This document shows, piece after piece, positions 28,051 through 37,338 of a stretch of DNA of 64,000 bases. The translations under genes were made by a program, and so were the position numbers. The stretch is from Rhodoferax sp. (lineage in GTDB: Bacteria > Pseudomonadota > Gammaproteobacteria > Burkholderiales > Burkholderiaceae_C), in NCBI RefSeq assembly GCF_013791765.1, contig NZ_VMTC01000112.1. The stretch is one strand, 5' to 3'. The number at the start of each line of letters is the position of its first letter. Positions within the stretch are counted from its first letter, which is position 1. The notes beneath the pieces were generated by a model. It was not told where the DNA came from and searched no databases. It was given only the letters and a program-made list of their open reading frames with translations.

Positions 28051-30024
28051 ATGTCCTACCTCGTGCTCGCCCGCAAGTACCGCCCCCGCAACTTCACTGA
28101 AATGGTGGGGCAGGACCACGTGGTGCAGGCGCTCACCAACGCGCTTACCACGCAGCGGCTGCATCACGCTTATTTGTTCACCGGCACGCGCGGCGTCGGT
28201 AAGACCACGGTGTCGCGCATTCTGGCCAAGTCGCTTAATTGCCAGGGTGTGGACGGGCAGGGCGGCATCACCGCCACGCCCTGTGGGGTGTGCCAGGCGT
28301 GCAGCGACATTAATGCAGGCCGCTTCGTTGACTACACCGAGCTTGACGCAGCCTCCAACCGCGGCGTTGACGAGGTGCAGGCGCTCTTGGAGCAGGCGGT
28401 CTACAAACCGGTGCAAGGGCGCTTCAAGGTCTTCATGATCGACGAGGTCCACATGCTCACGGGCCACGCCTTCAACGCGATGTTAAAGACGCTGGAAGAG
28501 CCGCCAGAGTACCTCAAATTTGTGTTAGCCACCACCGATCCGCAGAAGGTGCCGGTTACGGTGCTGTCTCGCTGTTTGCAGTTCAACCTGCGCCCGATTG
28601 CGCCCGAGACCATTCGTGAGCATCTACAGACGGTCTTGCAGGCTGAAAACGTGGCGGCCGATGTGCCGTCGCTCAAACTGCTGGCGCGCGCGGCGCACGG
28701 CTCGATGCGCGACGCCTTGAGTCTGGCGGATCAGGCGATTTCGTTTGGTGCTGGGCAGATTGAAGAGGCGACGGTGCGCCAGATGCTGGGCAGCGTCGAC
28801 CGTTCCTATGTCTTTCGCCTGCTCGAGGCCTTGGCCCGGTGCGATGGCAAGACTGTGGTTGAGACGTCTGAAGCTTTGCGCCTGAATGGCCTGAGTGCGG
28901 CTGCCACGCTGGAAGAAATGAGCATGGTGCTGCAGCGCATGGCTGTTTTGCAGCTTGTGCCCAGCGCCTTTGATGCGGATGAATCCGACCCGCAGGCGTT
29001 GGATGTGGCGCGTTTGGCAGCTTTGATGCCGGCCGACGAGACGCAGTTGCTCTACAGCATCTGCCTGCATGGGCGCGCGGAGCTGGGCCTGGCGCCGGAC
29101 GAGTACGCCGCATTGACCATGGTGTTGCTGCGACTGCTGGCTTTCAAACCTGGCGCTGGCAATGCGCCTGTGGCTGAAAAAAAAACTGTAAATGACGCGC
29201 GGATGGGGTCGGCGACTGTCGCGTTGCGTGCGCAGCCAGCCGCAGCACAGGTACCTGGGCCGGCGCCACCGAATGGGTCATTTCTTGAAGATAAACAGGC
29301 TGCAGCCCACGTCGAATATGAACAGTCTGCTATAAAAATAGTATCTTTTTCAGAGCTGAAGACCGATAGACAAACAAAGGCTGCATCAGAGTTTGGCCTC
29401 ACGACCGAGCAGGCAGCACCGTCAACGACCTCGCAGTCGCCCCCGCCAGGCCAGCACCTGCATGTGGTGCAACTCCCGCCAGCGCCGGGAAATTCCCTCG
29501 CATCTGAAGAAAAGAAGGCTCCAGCCTCCGTGCAATATGCACAAGAAGCTGTAGAAGTAATAGCAATTCCGGTGCGCGTACAGGCCGATTCCCGCACCGA
29601 GGCGGTCGCTGGTCAAACAGCGGCGCCGGTGCTGGTGCCAACCGAAGAAGGGGCGTTCTGGCACACCACGGTAAGCCAGCTCATCGCCCAGGATGTGATC
29701 ACTGCCATGGTGCGGGAACTGGCTTTGCAGTCGCAGTTGATCGCACGCGACACCGACCAGTGGCTGTTGCGGGTCGAGCGCGAGTCGCTGAACCAGCCGG
29801 GCAGTCGAGACCGCCTGGCGACCGCATTGCAGTCTGCGGGTCATGCGGTGCGCCTGGTGGTCGAAATTGGGCGCGTGACCGACAGCCCGGCCCGGCGCAA
29901 CGCCGCGCTGGTGGCCGAGCGGCAACTGGCGGCAGAAAAAATCATTTTTGATGATCCGTTCGTGCAGACCTTAATGCGCGATTTTGGCGCGAAAATTGTG
30001 CCAGGCAGCATTAGCCCGGGCTGA
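28051..30024 (+). CDS. dnaX: DNA polymerase III subunits tau/gamma, 657 aa
   Basis: MSYLVLARKYRPRNFTEMVGQDHVVQAL...GTRGVGKTT (Walker A), zinc module CGVCQAC, DEVHML. ATG 28051 lies within track ORF 27925..30024. Confidence 0.95.
   Translation: MSYLVLARKYRPRNFTEMVGQDHVVQALTNALTTQRLHHAYLFTGTRGVGKTTVSRILAKSLNCQGVDGQGGITATPCGVCQACSDINAGRFVDYTELDAASNRGVDEVQALLEQAVYKPVQGRFKVFMIDEVHMLTGHAFNAMLKTLEEPPEYLKFVLATTDPQKVPVTVLSRCLQFNLRPIAPETIREHLQTVLQAENVAADVPSLKLLARAAHGSMRDALSLADQAISFGAGQIEEATVRQMLGSVDRSYVFRLLEALARCDGKTVVETSEALRLNGLSAAATLEEMSMVLQRMAVLQLVPSAFDADESDPQALDVARLAALMPADETQLLYSICLHGRAELGLAPDEYAALTMVLLRLLAFKPGAGNAPVAEKKTVNDARMGSATVALRAQPAAAQVPGPAPPNGSFLEDKQAAAHVEYEQSAIKIVSFSELKTDRQTKAASEFGLTTEQAAPSTTSQSPPPGQHLHVVQLPPAPGNSLASEEKKAPASVQYAQEAVEVIAIPVRVQADSRTEAVAGQTAAPVLVPTEEGAFWHTTVSQLIAQDVITAMVRELALQSQLIARDTDQWLLRVERESLNQPGSRDRLATALQSAGHAVRLVVEIGRVTDSPARRNAALVAERQLAAEKIIFDDPFVQTLMRDFGAKIVPGSISPG
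29177..29185 (+). other. A9 homopolymer: candidate dnaX recoding (frameshift or transcriptional slippage) site
   Basis: The zero frame is GAA AAA AAA ACT at codons 376-379, just after domain III (LLRLLAFKP). The -1 frame stops after 3 codons (TGA 29193-29195). The +1 frame stops after 1 codon (TAA 29189-29191). Confidence 0.4.
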
Positions 30025-30120
30025 TGTTCAAATGATTGGGCCCGTTGGCGCAGTTCGCTCACAGGTCCTATTGCTTTTCTTTTTTCCTATCAGTATCTCA
30101 ATCTCAACCAAGGACTCCCC

Positions 30121-30453
30121 ATGTTCAACAAAGGACAACTCGCCGGCCTCATGAAGCAGGCCCAGGCGATGCAGGACAACATGAAGAAAGCCCAGGACGA
30201 ACTGGGCAACGTTGAAGTCACCGGAGAATCCGGCGCCGGTCTGGTCAAGGTTCTGATGACCTGCAAGCATGACGTGCGCCGTGTCACCATCGACCCCAGC
30301 TTGCTGGCCGAGGACAAAGACATGCTCGAAGACCTGGTGGCGGCAGCTTTTAACGCGGCCGTACGCAAGGCCGAAGAAACGTCAAGCGACAAGATGGGCA
30401 AGATCACCGCCGGGATGCCAGGCCTGCCCGGTGGCATGAAGTTCCCCTTTTGA
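30121..30453 (+). CDS. ybaB: Nucleoid-associated protein YbaB/EbfC, 110 aa
   Basis: [18 protein letters not shown]...[17 protein letters not shown]. Sits in the conserved dnaX-ybaB-recR arrangement. Confidence 0.92.
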   Translation: MFNKGQLAGLMKQAQAMQDNMKKAQDELGNVEVTGESGAGLVKVLMTCKHDVRRVTIDPSLLAEDKDMLEDLVAAAFNAAVRKAEETSSDKMGKITAGMPGLPGGMKFPF

Positions 30454-30593
30454 GGTTGGCTACCGAGCAAGCGTGAGGCGTCGTTGCGGGGCCCGTCGGG
30501 CAATCCTCATGGACGGGTAGTCCATTCCGGTTCCCCGCCACCCGCGCCTAGCCTGACGCTCGCTCGCTACGCCCTCTACGATTTTTGATAGAC

Positions 30594-31184
30594 ATGTCCA
30601 ACGCAAATTCCCTCGACGTCCTGATCCAGGCGCTGCGGCGCCTGCCCGGCGTGGGCGTGAAGTCGGCCTCGCGCATGGCGTTTCACCTGCTGCAGCATGA
30701 TCGGCCCGGTGCGCTGGCGTTGTCCCGAGCCCTGCAGGTTGCCGCCGACAACACGCGCCACTGTGAGCGCTGCCACACCTTCACGCAGGCCGATATTTGC
30801 GCCACCTGTCTGGACCCGCGGCGCGATGCCTCCAAATTGTGTGTGGTGGAAACGCCGGCAGATCAGTCGGCACTGGAGCGCACTGGCGCCTATCAAGGGC
30901 TGTACTTTGTGCTGATGGGCAAACTCAGCCCGCTGGACGGAATCGGCCCCAAAGACATTGGCCTGAAGGTTTTGTTTGACCGGGCTTGTGACGGCATCGT
31001 GCAAGAGGTGATTCTGGCCACCAACTTCACCGCTGAAGGCGAGGCCACTGCGCATGTGATAAGCGAGGGCCTGAAAAGCCGCGGCTTGCGCCTGACACGC
31101 TTGGCACGTGGTGTGCCCGTAGGTAGCGAATTGGAGTATGTCGACTTGGGCACCATTGCCCACGCCCTGCTGGATCGGCGCTAG
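30594..31184 (+). CDS. recR: Recombination protein RecR, 196 aa
   Basis: [24 protein letters not shown] (HhH), a C4 zinc finger CERCHTF...CATC, and a Toprim domain. ATG 30594. Confidence 0.95.
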   Translation: MSNANSLDVLIQALRRLPGVGVKSASRMAFHLLQHDRPGALALSRALQVAADNTRHCERCHTFTQADICATCLDPRRDASKLCVVETPADQSALERTGAYQGLYFVLMGKLSPLDGIGPKDIGLKVLFDRACDGIVQEVILATNFTAEGEATAHVISEGLKSRGLRLTRLARGVPVGSELEYVDLGTIAHALLDRR

Positions 31185-31347
31185 TAGTTCGTTTCATCAA
31201 AAGAGATACAAAATGAAATTGACGGATTTTTTCGCCAGGCTAGGCGAGAGGAGGCGTCATAGCCGTAGCTATGGCAACGACGAGCAACGACGCATGGCGG
31301 AAAAAGACGAGATTTCATGTATCGGTTTTGGTGAAACGGACTACTAG
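31181..31347. mobile_element. 167-bp MITE-like element with about 39-bp imperfect terminal inverted repeats
   Basis: Left end is CTAGTAGTTCGTTTCATCAAAAGAGATACAAAATGAAAT. The right end reverse-complemented is CTAGTAGTCCGTTTCACCAAAACCGATACA---TGAAATCTC. That is about 34 of 39 positions identical with one 3-nt gap. It is AT-rich relative to its flanks, and its left end contains the recR stop codon. Confidence 0.6.
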
Positions 31348-31441
31348 GTAAAAACCCCTGCGGGATGTTCCCGATGCGCAAGTCAGTGCCGCTGGCTATG
31401 CTCAAGCCCCAAGAAATGGCAAGAGCCCAAGAGAATTGACC

Positions 31442-32488
31442 ATGAACAATATCCCGTGTCGCCGTCGAACCTTGGCCGCAGTCGCGGCGTGGGCGGCCGC
31501 GTCGGTGGCTGCGCCCGCGCTGTGGGCGCAGCCACACCCAGAAAAGACGAAGATAGCCATTGCTGTGGGCGGCAAGGCAGCGTTCTACAACCTGCCCTTG
31601 ACGATTGCCGAGCAGCTTGGGTATTTCAAGGCGGAAGGTTTGGATGTTGATATCAGTGACTTTGCAGGCGGTTCGCAGGCATTGGCAACGGTTGAAGGCG
31701 GCTCCGCCGATGTTGTTTCGGGTGCCTATGAGAACACCATCACCCTGCAGGCCCGCGGGCAGAATTTTCAAGCTTTTGTATTGCAGGGCCGCGCGCCCGC
31801 CATTGCCCTTGGTATCTCTGTCAAGTCCATGCCTCATTACAAAACCATCGCCGATCTCAAGAGAAAAAGAATCGGCGTCTCGGCGCTTGACTCGTCAACT
31901 CATCGGATGGCGCAGCTGATTTTGTCACGTGCCGGGCTGAAGGCCGATGATGTGAACTACATTGGCGTGGGCACGGCAGGGGGCGCCTTGAGCGCTTTTC
32001 GCAGCGGGCAGATTGATGCCTTGAGTACAGTGGACCCGGTGATGACCGTGTTGGAGCAACGAGGCGAGATTCGCATCATCGCGGATACCCGCACGCTCAA
32101 AGGCTCGGCCGAGGTCTTTGGCGGTGTCATGCCCGCGGGTTGTTTGTACGCGCCGCTGGATTTTGTAAAAAACAACCCCATTACTGTCCAAGCGCTGACC
32201 AATGCCATCGTGCACAGCCTGAAGTGGCTGCAAACGGCCGGACCGAGCGACATTATTAAAGTCGTTCCAGAAGCTTATTTGCTGCGGGATCGAGCGGTCT
32301 ACCTGGCCGCTTTCAACAAGGTGCGCGAGGCCATTTCACCCGACGGTGTGATCCCTGAAGAGGGGCCGCAGACGGCGGCCCGCGCGCAGGCCCGTTTGGA
32401 CCCTACGTTCAAGTTGGGCAGCATCGACTTGGCCAAGACCTACATCAATGTGTTTGCCGTCAGGGCCAAGCAACGCTTCAACGCCTGA
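31442..32488 (+). CDS. Orphan periplasmic substrate-binding protein, NMT1/SsuA/TauA-like (nitrate/sulfonate/bicarbonate ABC family), Tat signal
   Basis: MNNIPCRRRTLAAVAAWAAASVAAPALWA is a twin-arginine signal. The body resembles aliphatic-sulfonate-type binding proteins. No permease or ATPase gene is adjacent. Confidence 0.75.
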   Translation: MNNIPCRRRTLAAVAAWAAASVAAPALWAQPHPEKTKIAIAVGGKAAFYNLPLTIAEQLGYFKAEGLDVDISDFAGGSQALATVEGGSADVVSGAYENTITLQARGQNFQAFVLQGRAPAIALGISVKSMPHYKTIADLKRKRIGVSALDSSTHRMAQLILSRAGLKADDVNYIGVGTAGGALSAFRSGQIDALSTVDPVMTVLEQRGEIRIIADTRTLKGSAEVFGGVMPAGCLYAPLDFVKNNPITVQALTNAIVHSLKWLQTAGPSDIIKVVPEAYLLRDRAVYLAAFNKVREAISPDGVIPEEGPQTAARAQARLDPTFKLGSIDLAKTYINVFAVRAKQRFNA

Positions 32489-32533
32489 AGCCCAACCATT
32501 CATCTGACCGGCGTGCGCTCGGAGAAAAGATGC

Positions 32534-34060
32534 TCAAGGCTGTTTGGCAAGCCGGGTTGGCTTGCCCACCTTGCTGCGCGATTTTTTGCTGGCTGATTGA
32601 TTCTTGCTGGCTGTCTTGCGTTGAACCAGAGACTTGGCCCGCACCGGCAGAAACATCACCACCTTCTGTCCGGTCTTGAAAACCGCTGCCGCGCTGACAT
32701 TGTTCCACTCGGCGACGCTGGCGGCGCTGACACGGTAGCGGCTGGCCACTTTGGCGACAGAATCTTTTTTCCCCGCTTTGATCAAGGTGCGTTTCAAGAT
32801 GACATCGGGCGCCAGGGACAGTTGGCCGTTGTCGGCCACATGCACGGCGACATCGGCGTCCAGTTGGGTCGGCCGCGGCACCAGAAGGCTCGAGCCAGCC
32901 CTGATCACCACCCGGGGTGGAATCTTGTTGATGCTGCGCATATCGGCCTCGGTCATGCCGACCCGTTTGGCCGCCTCGGCCGGGTTCATGGTGCTGGGTG
33001 CGCGCCAGACCGTCCAACTGGCCAGGCGGCCACCGTTAAAGTCTTTCAGGTTGCTCTGAAAGATGATGGCGTTGTCCCAGGGCAGCAGTATTTGCGGTGT
33101 TCCAGCGGCCAGGATGACGGGTTGACTGCCGCCCGAGGGGTTCAGTGCCTTGAAATTGTCTACCGTCACGTCGGCCAGCTTGGCCACCAGCGCCACGTCG
33201 ATATCGTGCTTGATGTCCACGGTTTGGAAGTACGGGTGGTTGCCAATCAAGGGCAGGCGTGTGTTGAAGGCCTGCGGGTTGCTTACGATGTTTTTGACGG
33301 CCTGCAGCTTGGGCACGTAAAGACGGGTTTCTGCCGGCATGGTGAGGTCGGTGTACGCCAGGCCCAGCCCGGCCCGTTTGTTTTTGGCAATGGCGCGCCC
33401 GACACTGCCCTCCCCCCAGTTATAGGCGGCCAGCGCCAGGTTCCAGTCGCCAAACATGCCATAGAGCCTTTGCAGGTAGTCCAGCGCTGCCCGGGTGGAC
33501 GCCAGCACGTCGCGCCGGTCATCGCGAAAGGCGTTTTGCTTCAAATCGAAGTCTTTGCCGGTCGCGGGCATGAATTGCCAAATACCGGCGGCTTTGGCGC
33601 TGGAGACCGCCTGTGGGTTGAATGCACTTTCGATAAATGGCAGCAGCGCCAGTTCGGAGGGCATGTTGCGCCGCTCCAGTTCCTCCACAATGTGGAAAAG
33701 GTATTTATTCGAGCGCTCCGTCATGCGCAACATGTAGTCGGGCCGTCTGCTGTACCACTGCTCGCGGTCAAGCACCAGATCACTCTCGAGGTTGGGCATG
33801 CCGTAGCCGCGCCGGATTCGCTCCCAGATGTCGGCGGGCGGCGCCAGTTCGGTGACGGCGCGGGAGGCTGCCTGTGCAGCTGTGATGGGCTGCAGCTTGC
33901 CACTGGGAATCAGCGGGCTGTAGGCCCTATCGGTGGCCCGGTGACCGGAGGTGGCGTCGGCCGCCGCTGGCCCGTGAATGGCATCCGGGCCGGTGGTGAC
34001 GCTGGCGCAGCCGGTTAGCCACAACAAGGCGCCCAGGCAGGCAAGTTTATAAAGTTTCAT
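32534..34060 (-). CDS. mltD: Membrane-bound lytic murein transglycosylase D-like lipoprotein with C-terminal LysM repeats
   Basis: MKLYKLACLGALLWLTGC lipobox from ATG 34060, an SLT catalytic region (LPFIESAFNPQAVSSAKAAGIWQFMPATG), and repeated LysM-like segments toward the C-terminus. Confidence 0.88.
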   Translation of the reverse strand: MKLYKLACLGALLWLTGCASVTTGPDAIHGPAAADATSGHRATDRAYSPLIPSGKLQPITAAQAASRAVTELAPPADIWERIRRGYGMPNLESDLVLDREQWYSRRPDYMLRMTERSNKYLFHIVEELERRNMPSELALLPFIESAFNPQAVSSAKAAGIWQFMPATGKDFDLKQNAFRDDRRDVLASTRAALDYLQRLYGMFGDWNLALAAYNWGEGSVGRAIAKNKRAGLGLAYTDLTMPAETRLYVPKLQAVKNIVSNPQAFNTRLPLIGNHPYFQTVDIKHDIDVALVAKLADVTVDNFKALNPSGGSQPVILAAGTPQILLPWDNAIIFQSNLKDFNGGRLASWTVWRAPSTMNPAEAAKRVGMTEADMRSINKIPPRVVIRAGSSLLVPRPTQLDADVAVHVADNGQLSLAPDVILKRTLIKAGKKDSVAKVASRYRVSAASVAEWNNVSAAAVFKTGQKVVMFLPVRAKSLVQRKTASKNQSASKKSRSKVGKPTRLAKQP

Positions 34061-34827
34061 CAATACTGGTTCTTCCATTGGCGAAGGGCGGCAAAGATGC
34101 TCACCTCATCGCGGGCTGATGCGTCGACTGCCTGGACTGCCTGGATGACAGTGGCCTGGCGCGTACGCAAAAAAGGGTTGATCTGCTGCTCCAGCGAGAT
34201 GCTTGAAGGCAGGGTGGGTTGTTGCTGCAAACGCAGTGAGGTGGCGCTCACCAGGTAGTCGGCCAGCGCCTGGTTGTGGGGCTCCACAGCGCAAGCAAAT
34301 TTCAGGTTGCTCAAGGTGTACTCATGGGCACAGCATACGCGCGTTGCACCGGGCAAGGCTGCCAAGGTGTCCAGCGAGGCCAGCATTTGGGCTGGGCTGC
34401 CTTCAAACAGACGACCACATCCAGCGCTGAAGAGCGTGTCGCCACAAAACAGCAGTGGCGCAGTTTCCATGTCCGCACAAAAATAGGCGATGTGGCCCGC
34501 AGTATGGCCGGGCACGTCGATCACCTGGAAGATCAAACCCAGCGCCTTGAGCTTGTCGCCGCCTTTGATCCGGGTTAGCGGCTCCGGCATGGCTTCGCGG
34601 GCCGGGCCAAAAACCTGGGCGCCGGTTGCTGCGCGCAAGTCCGCCACGCCACCAGTGTGGTCGCCGTGGTGGTGCGTGACTAAAATGACGTCCAACTGCA
34701 GACCCAGTCGTTGCAGGACCTCCTGCACAGCTTGTGCATCACCGGGGTCAACCACCAGCGCACGGCGTTCGTCATGCACCATCCAGATGTAGTTGTCAGT
34801 AAAAGCGGGTAGTGGAATTAGCTGCAT
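34060..34827 (-). CDS. gloB: Hydroxyacylglutathione hydrolase (glyoxalase II), 255 aa
   Basis: PAFTDNYIWMV...THHHGDHTGG metallo-beta-lactamase motif. Its stop overlaps the mltD ATG by 1 nt. Confidence 0.93.
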   Translation of the reverse strand: MQLIPLPAFTDNYIWMVHDERRALVVDPGDAQAVQEVLQRLGLQLDVILVTHHHGDHTGGVADLRAATGAQVFGPAREAMPEPLTRIKGGDKLKALGLIFQVIDVPGHTAGHIAYFCADMETAPLLFCGDTLFSAGCGRLFEGSPAQMLASLDTLAALPGATRVCCAHEYTLSNLKFACAVEPHNQALADYLVSATSLRLQQQPTLPSSISLEQQINPFLRTRQATVIQAVQAVDASARDEVSIFAALRQWKNQY

Positions 34828-35614
34828 GAGTGATCAAATTATAGGTTTGCATGATTGGCTTGAGTCGCCCGCGGGGCGCTATCTGCTGGCCTGGGAGCGA
34901 GCCCAGCTGGATCTGGCGGTGGCTGATATTTTTGGATTTCATGCGCTGCAGCTGGGTTTGCCCGAGCTTGATGCCTTGGCCGCCAACCGCATGCCGCACC
35001 GCTGGCTGGCCAGCCAAACCCTTACGCCGGGTGCGGTTTTCGTGACTGATTTTTCGGCGCTGCCGTTCCCGGCCAACAGCCTGGACCTGGTGGTGTTGCC
35101 GCATTCTCTGGAACTGGCACGCGACCCGCACACCACATTGCGTGAAGTTGAGAGGGTGCTGGTGCCCGAAGGGCGGGTTGTTATTTGTGGCCTGAACCCG
35201 ACTTCGCTTTGGGGTTTGCGCCAGCGCCATGCGCACGCACGTCATCGAGCGGGCGGGCAGAACTTGTTTTTACCGGAGGCGGGAGAATTCATCGGCTATT
35301 GGCGCTTGCGCGACTGGCTGTGCTTGCTGGGTTTTGAAGTCGAAGTCGGACATTTCGGCTGTTACCGACCCGCGTTTTCCAGTGAAAAGTGGTCGCAACG
35401 GTTTGAGTGGATGGAGCGGGCGGGTGCGCGTTGGTGGCCGATCCTGGGCGGCGCGTATTTTTTGGTCGCGGTCAAGCGGGTGCGCGGCATGACGCTGCTG
35501 AGCCCGACCTGGAAGGCCAACCGTGCTTTGGCAAATGCACCTGTTTCTGTAGCAAACAGTTCAACAATGACGAGGGCTAACGCCCCAAATGATAAAAAGG
35601 TGACACGTTTATGA
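34826..35614 (+). CDS. Class I SAM-dependent methyltransferase (YafS-like position between gloB and rnhA), about 262 aa
   Basis: The conserved gloB / methyltransferase / rnhA arrangement, and [11 protein letters not shown]...[15 protein letters not shown]. The start is uncertain, because ATG 34826 overlaps the divergent gloB ATG. Confidence 0.7.
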   Translation: MSDQIIGLHDWLESPAGRYLLAWERAQLDLAVADIFGFHALQLGLPELDALAANRMPHRWLASQTLTPGAVFVTDFSALPFPANSLDLVVLPHSLELARDPHTTLREVERVLVPEGRVVICGLNPTSLWGLRQRHAHARHRAGGQNLFLPEAGEFIGYWRLRDWLCLLGFEVEVGHFGCYRPAFSSEKWSQRFEWMERAGARWWPILGGAYFLVAVKRVRGMTLLSPTWKANRALANAPVSVANSSTMTRANAPNDKKVTRL

Positions 35615-35624
35615 GGAAGCAGCT

Positions 35625-36074
35625 TTGAACACCATAGAAATTTACACCGATGGCGCCTGCAAGGGCAATCCGGGGCCGGGCGGCTGGGGCGCACTGCTCA
35701 AGTCGGTGGATTCGCAAAAGGAGTTGTTTGGGGGTGAACTCGGCACTACCAACAACCGCATGGAGATGACAGCGGTGATTGAAGCCCTGACGGCCTTGAA
35801 GCGTCCGTGCCATGTGACGCTGCATGTGGACAGCCAATATGTGCTCAAAGGCATGACCGAGTGGCTGGCTGGTTGGAAGGCGCACGGCTGGAAGACAGCC
35901 GCCAAGCAGCCGGTGAAGAATGTGGACCTTTGGCAGCGGCTCGACGCGCTGGTCAATACCGCGGGTCACAAGATCGACTGGCGCTGGGTCAGGGGGCACA
36001 ACGGCGACCCCGGCAATGAGCACGCCGACATGCTTGCCAACCGCGGCGTGGAGCAGGCGCTGCGCCAGCGCTGA
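35625..36074 (+). CDS. rnhA: Ribonuclease HI, 149 aa (TTG start)
   Basis: [22 protein letters not shown]...[14 protein letters not shown]...DSQYV...[17 protein letters not shown] lies upstream of TTG 35625. Confidence 0.93.
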   Translation: MNTIEIYTDGACKGNPGPGGWGALLKSVDSQKELFGGELGTTNNRMEMTAVIEALTALKRPCHVTLHVDSQYVLKGMTEWLAGWKAHGWKTAAKQPVKNVDLWQRLDALVNTAGHKIDWRWVRGHNGDPGNEHADMLANRGVEQALRQR

Positions 36075-36114
36075 GCTGCCGTCGGATTTTGTACAAATAA
36101 ATAGCCCTGCGCTC

Positions 36115-37320
36115 ATGACAAATAAATTGATTTATCCCCTGATTGCCGTCGTCGGCATCGCCGGCGCGTCGGGCGCTGCCTGGTGGTACCAGTCCCAGCC
36201 GAAAAGCGCCCAGCAAGTCACGCAGGCGCCGAGCGTGCGCGGTGCCTCCGGCAAAGCCGCGTCTGCCGGTGCCATACCCCGCGTTGCGGGGGTGGAGGTC
36301 GCCCAGGTCGAGCGCGTCTCGCTGCAGGACGATGCCCAGTCCGTGGGGACTTTGCGCTCGCGCCAAAGTGTCATGCTGCGCCCGGAAGTGGCCGGGCGTG
36401 TCAAGGCTCTGGGTTTTCGCGATGGCGCGCGCGTGCGCAAAGGCCAGTTGCTGGTGCAGCTCGACGACACGCTGCAGCGGGCCGAGGTGCGCCAGGCGCA
36501 GGCGCAGGTCTCGATCGCGCAGGCGACGCTCAAACGCAACCAGGAACTGGTGGCAGAAAACTTCGTGGCGCAGCGGGTGCTCGATGAAAGTGCCGCCAAT
36601 GTGCAGGTGGTTCAGGCGCAGTTGGCGCTGGCCAATGCGCGCCTGTCGCGCATGGCGATCGTGGCCCCGTTCAATGGCACCGTGGGTATTCGCAACGTGA
36701 GTCTGGGGGACTATGTGAAGGATGGCGCGGACCTGGTCAATCTGGAGGACATCAGCAGCCTGTATGTCGACTTTCGCTTGCCCGAGCGCTACCAGGGCAA
36801 GCTAAAGCCGCAGCAAGCCGTTGCGCTCACGCTGGACGCCTTGCCAGGGCGCACTTTTGAAGCCCGAGTCGAGGCCATTGACCCGCTGCTGGACGCCAAT
36901 GGCCGCTCGGTCGGTGTGCGCGCCGTGTTGCCCAATACGCTGAGTGACAAACGCCCGGGCATGTTTGCCCGTGTGACGGTGCTTTTTTCTGTCAATGCCA
37001 ATGCCTTGGTGGTGCCGGAAGAAGCCATCGTGCCACAGGGCGAGCGCCAGTTTGTGATTAAGGTGGTGGCGCCCTCAAACCTGCCGCCCGCCACGGCCAA
37101 GCCGCCACCCGATACCCAGTGGGTCTCGCAGCGGCAAGAGGTGAGGCTGGGCGTGCGCCGGGCCGGCCAGGTCGAAATCACCGAGGGGTTGGCAGAAGGT
37201 CAGCGCGTGGTCGTGGCTGGCCAGCAGCGCTTGCAGCGCGACGGCACCCCGGTGCGCATCGTGACGCTGGATCGGCCCGCGCCAGCGGCGTCTGCCCCAG
37301 TGCCAGCGGCCAGCCTTTGA
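36115..37320 (+). CDS. RND efflux periplasmic adaptor (membrane fusion protein), 401 aa
   Basis: ATG 36115 gives MTNKLIYPLIAVVGIAGASGAAWWY (membrane anchor), followed by HlyD/AcrA-like hairpin and barrel regions. The track ORF is over-extended into rnhA. Confidence 0.85.
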   Translation: MTNKLIYPLIAVVGIAGASGAAWWYQSQPKSAQQVTQAPSVRGASGKAASAGAIPRVAGVEVAQVERVSLQDDAQSVGTLRSRQSVMLRPEVAGRVKALGFRDGARVRKGQLLVQLDDTLQRAEVRQAQAQVSIAQATLKRNQELVAENFVAQRVLDESAANVQVVQAQLALANARLSRMAIVAPFNGTVGIRNVSLGDYVKDGADLVNLEDISSLYVDFRLPERYQGKLKPQQAVALTLDALPGRTFEARVEAIDPLLDANGRSVGVRAVLPNTLSDKRPGMFARVTVLFSVNANALVVPEEAIVPQGERQFVIKVVAPSNLPPATAKPPPDTQWVSQRQEVRLGVRRAGQVEITEGLAEGQRVVVAGQQRLQRDGTPVRIVTLDRPAPAASAPVPAASL

Positions 37321-37338
37321 CCGCAACAGGAGCCCACC

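Noticed and set aside
31213-31347. 44-codon ORF (MKLTDFFARLGERRRHSRSYGNDEQRRMAEKDEISCIGFGETDY) and the 69-aa track ORF 31138..31347
   Set aside because: They lie entirely within the MITE-like inverted-repeat element, have a weak ribosome-binding site, and start and end inside the two terminal repeats.
31185-31441. Riboswitch (TPP or guanidine-I/ykkC) upstream of the NMT1/SsuA-like binding protein
   Set aside because: There are only loose resemblances (CTAGG..., ...GGCGGAAAAAGAC). The diagnostic CUGAGA/ACCUGA (TPP) and GGUCCGAGAG/ACGGCGGGA (ykkC) cores are absent. The inverted-repeat element explains the structure better.
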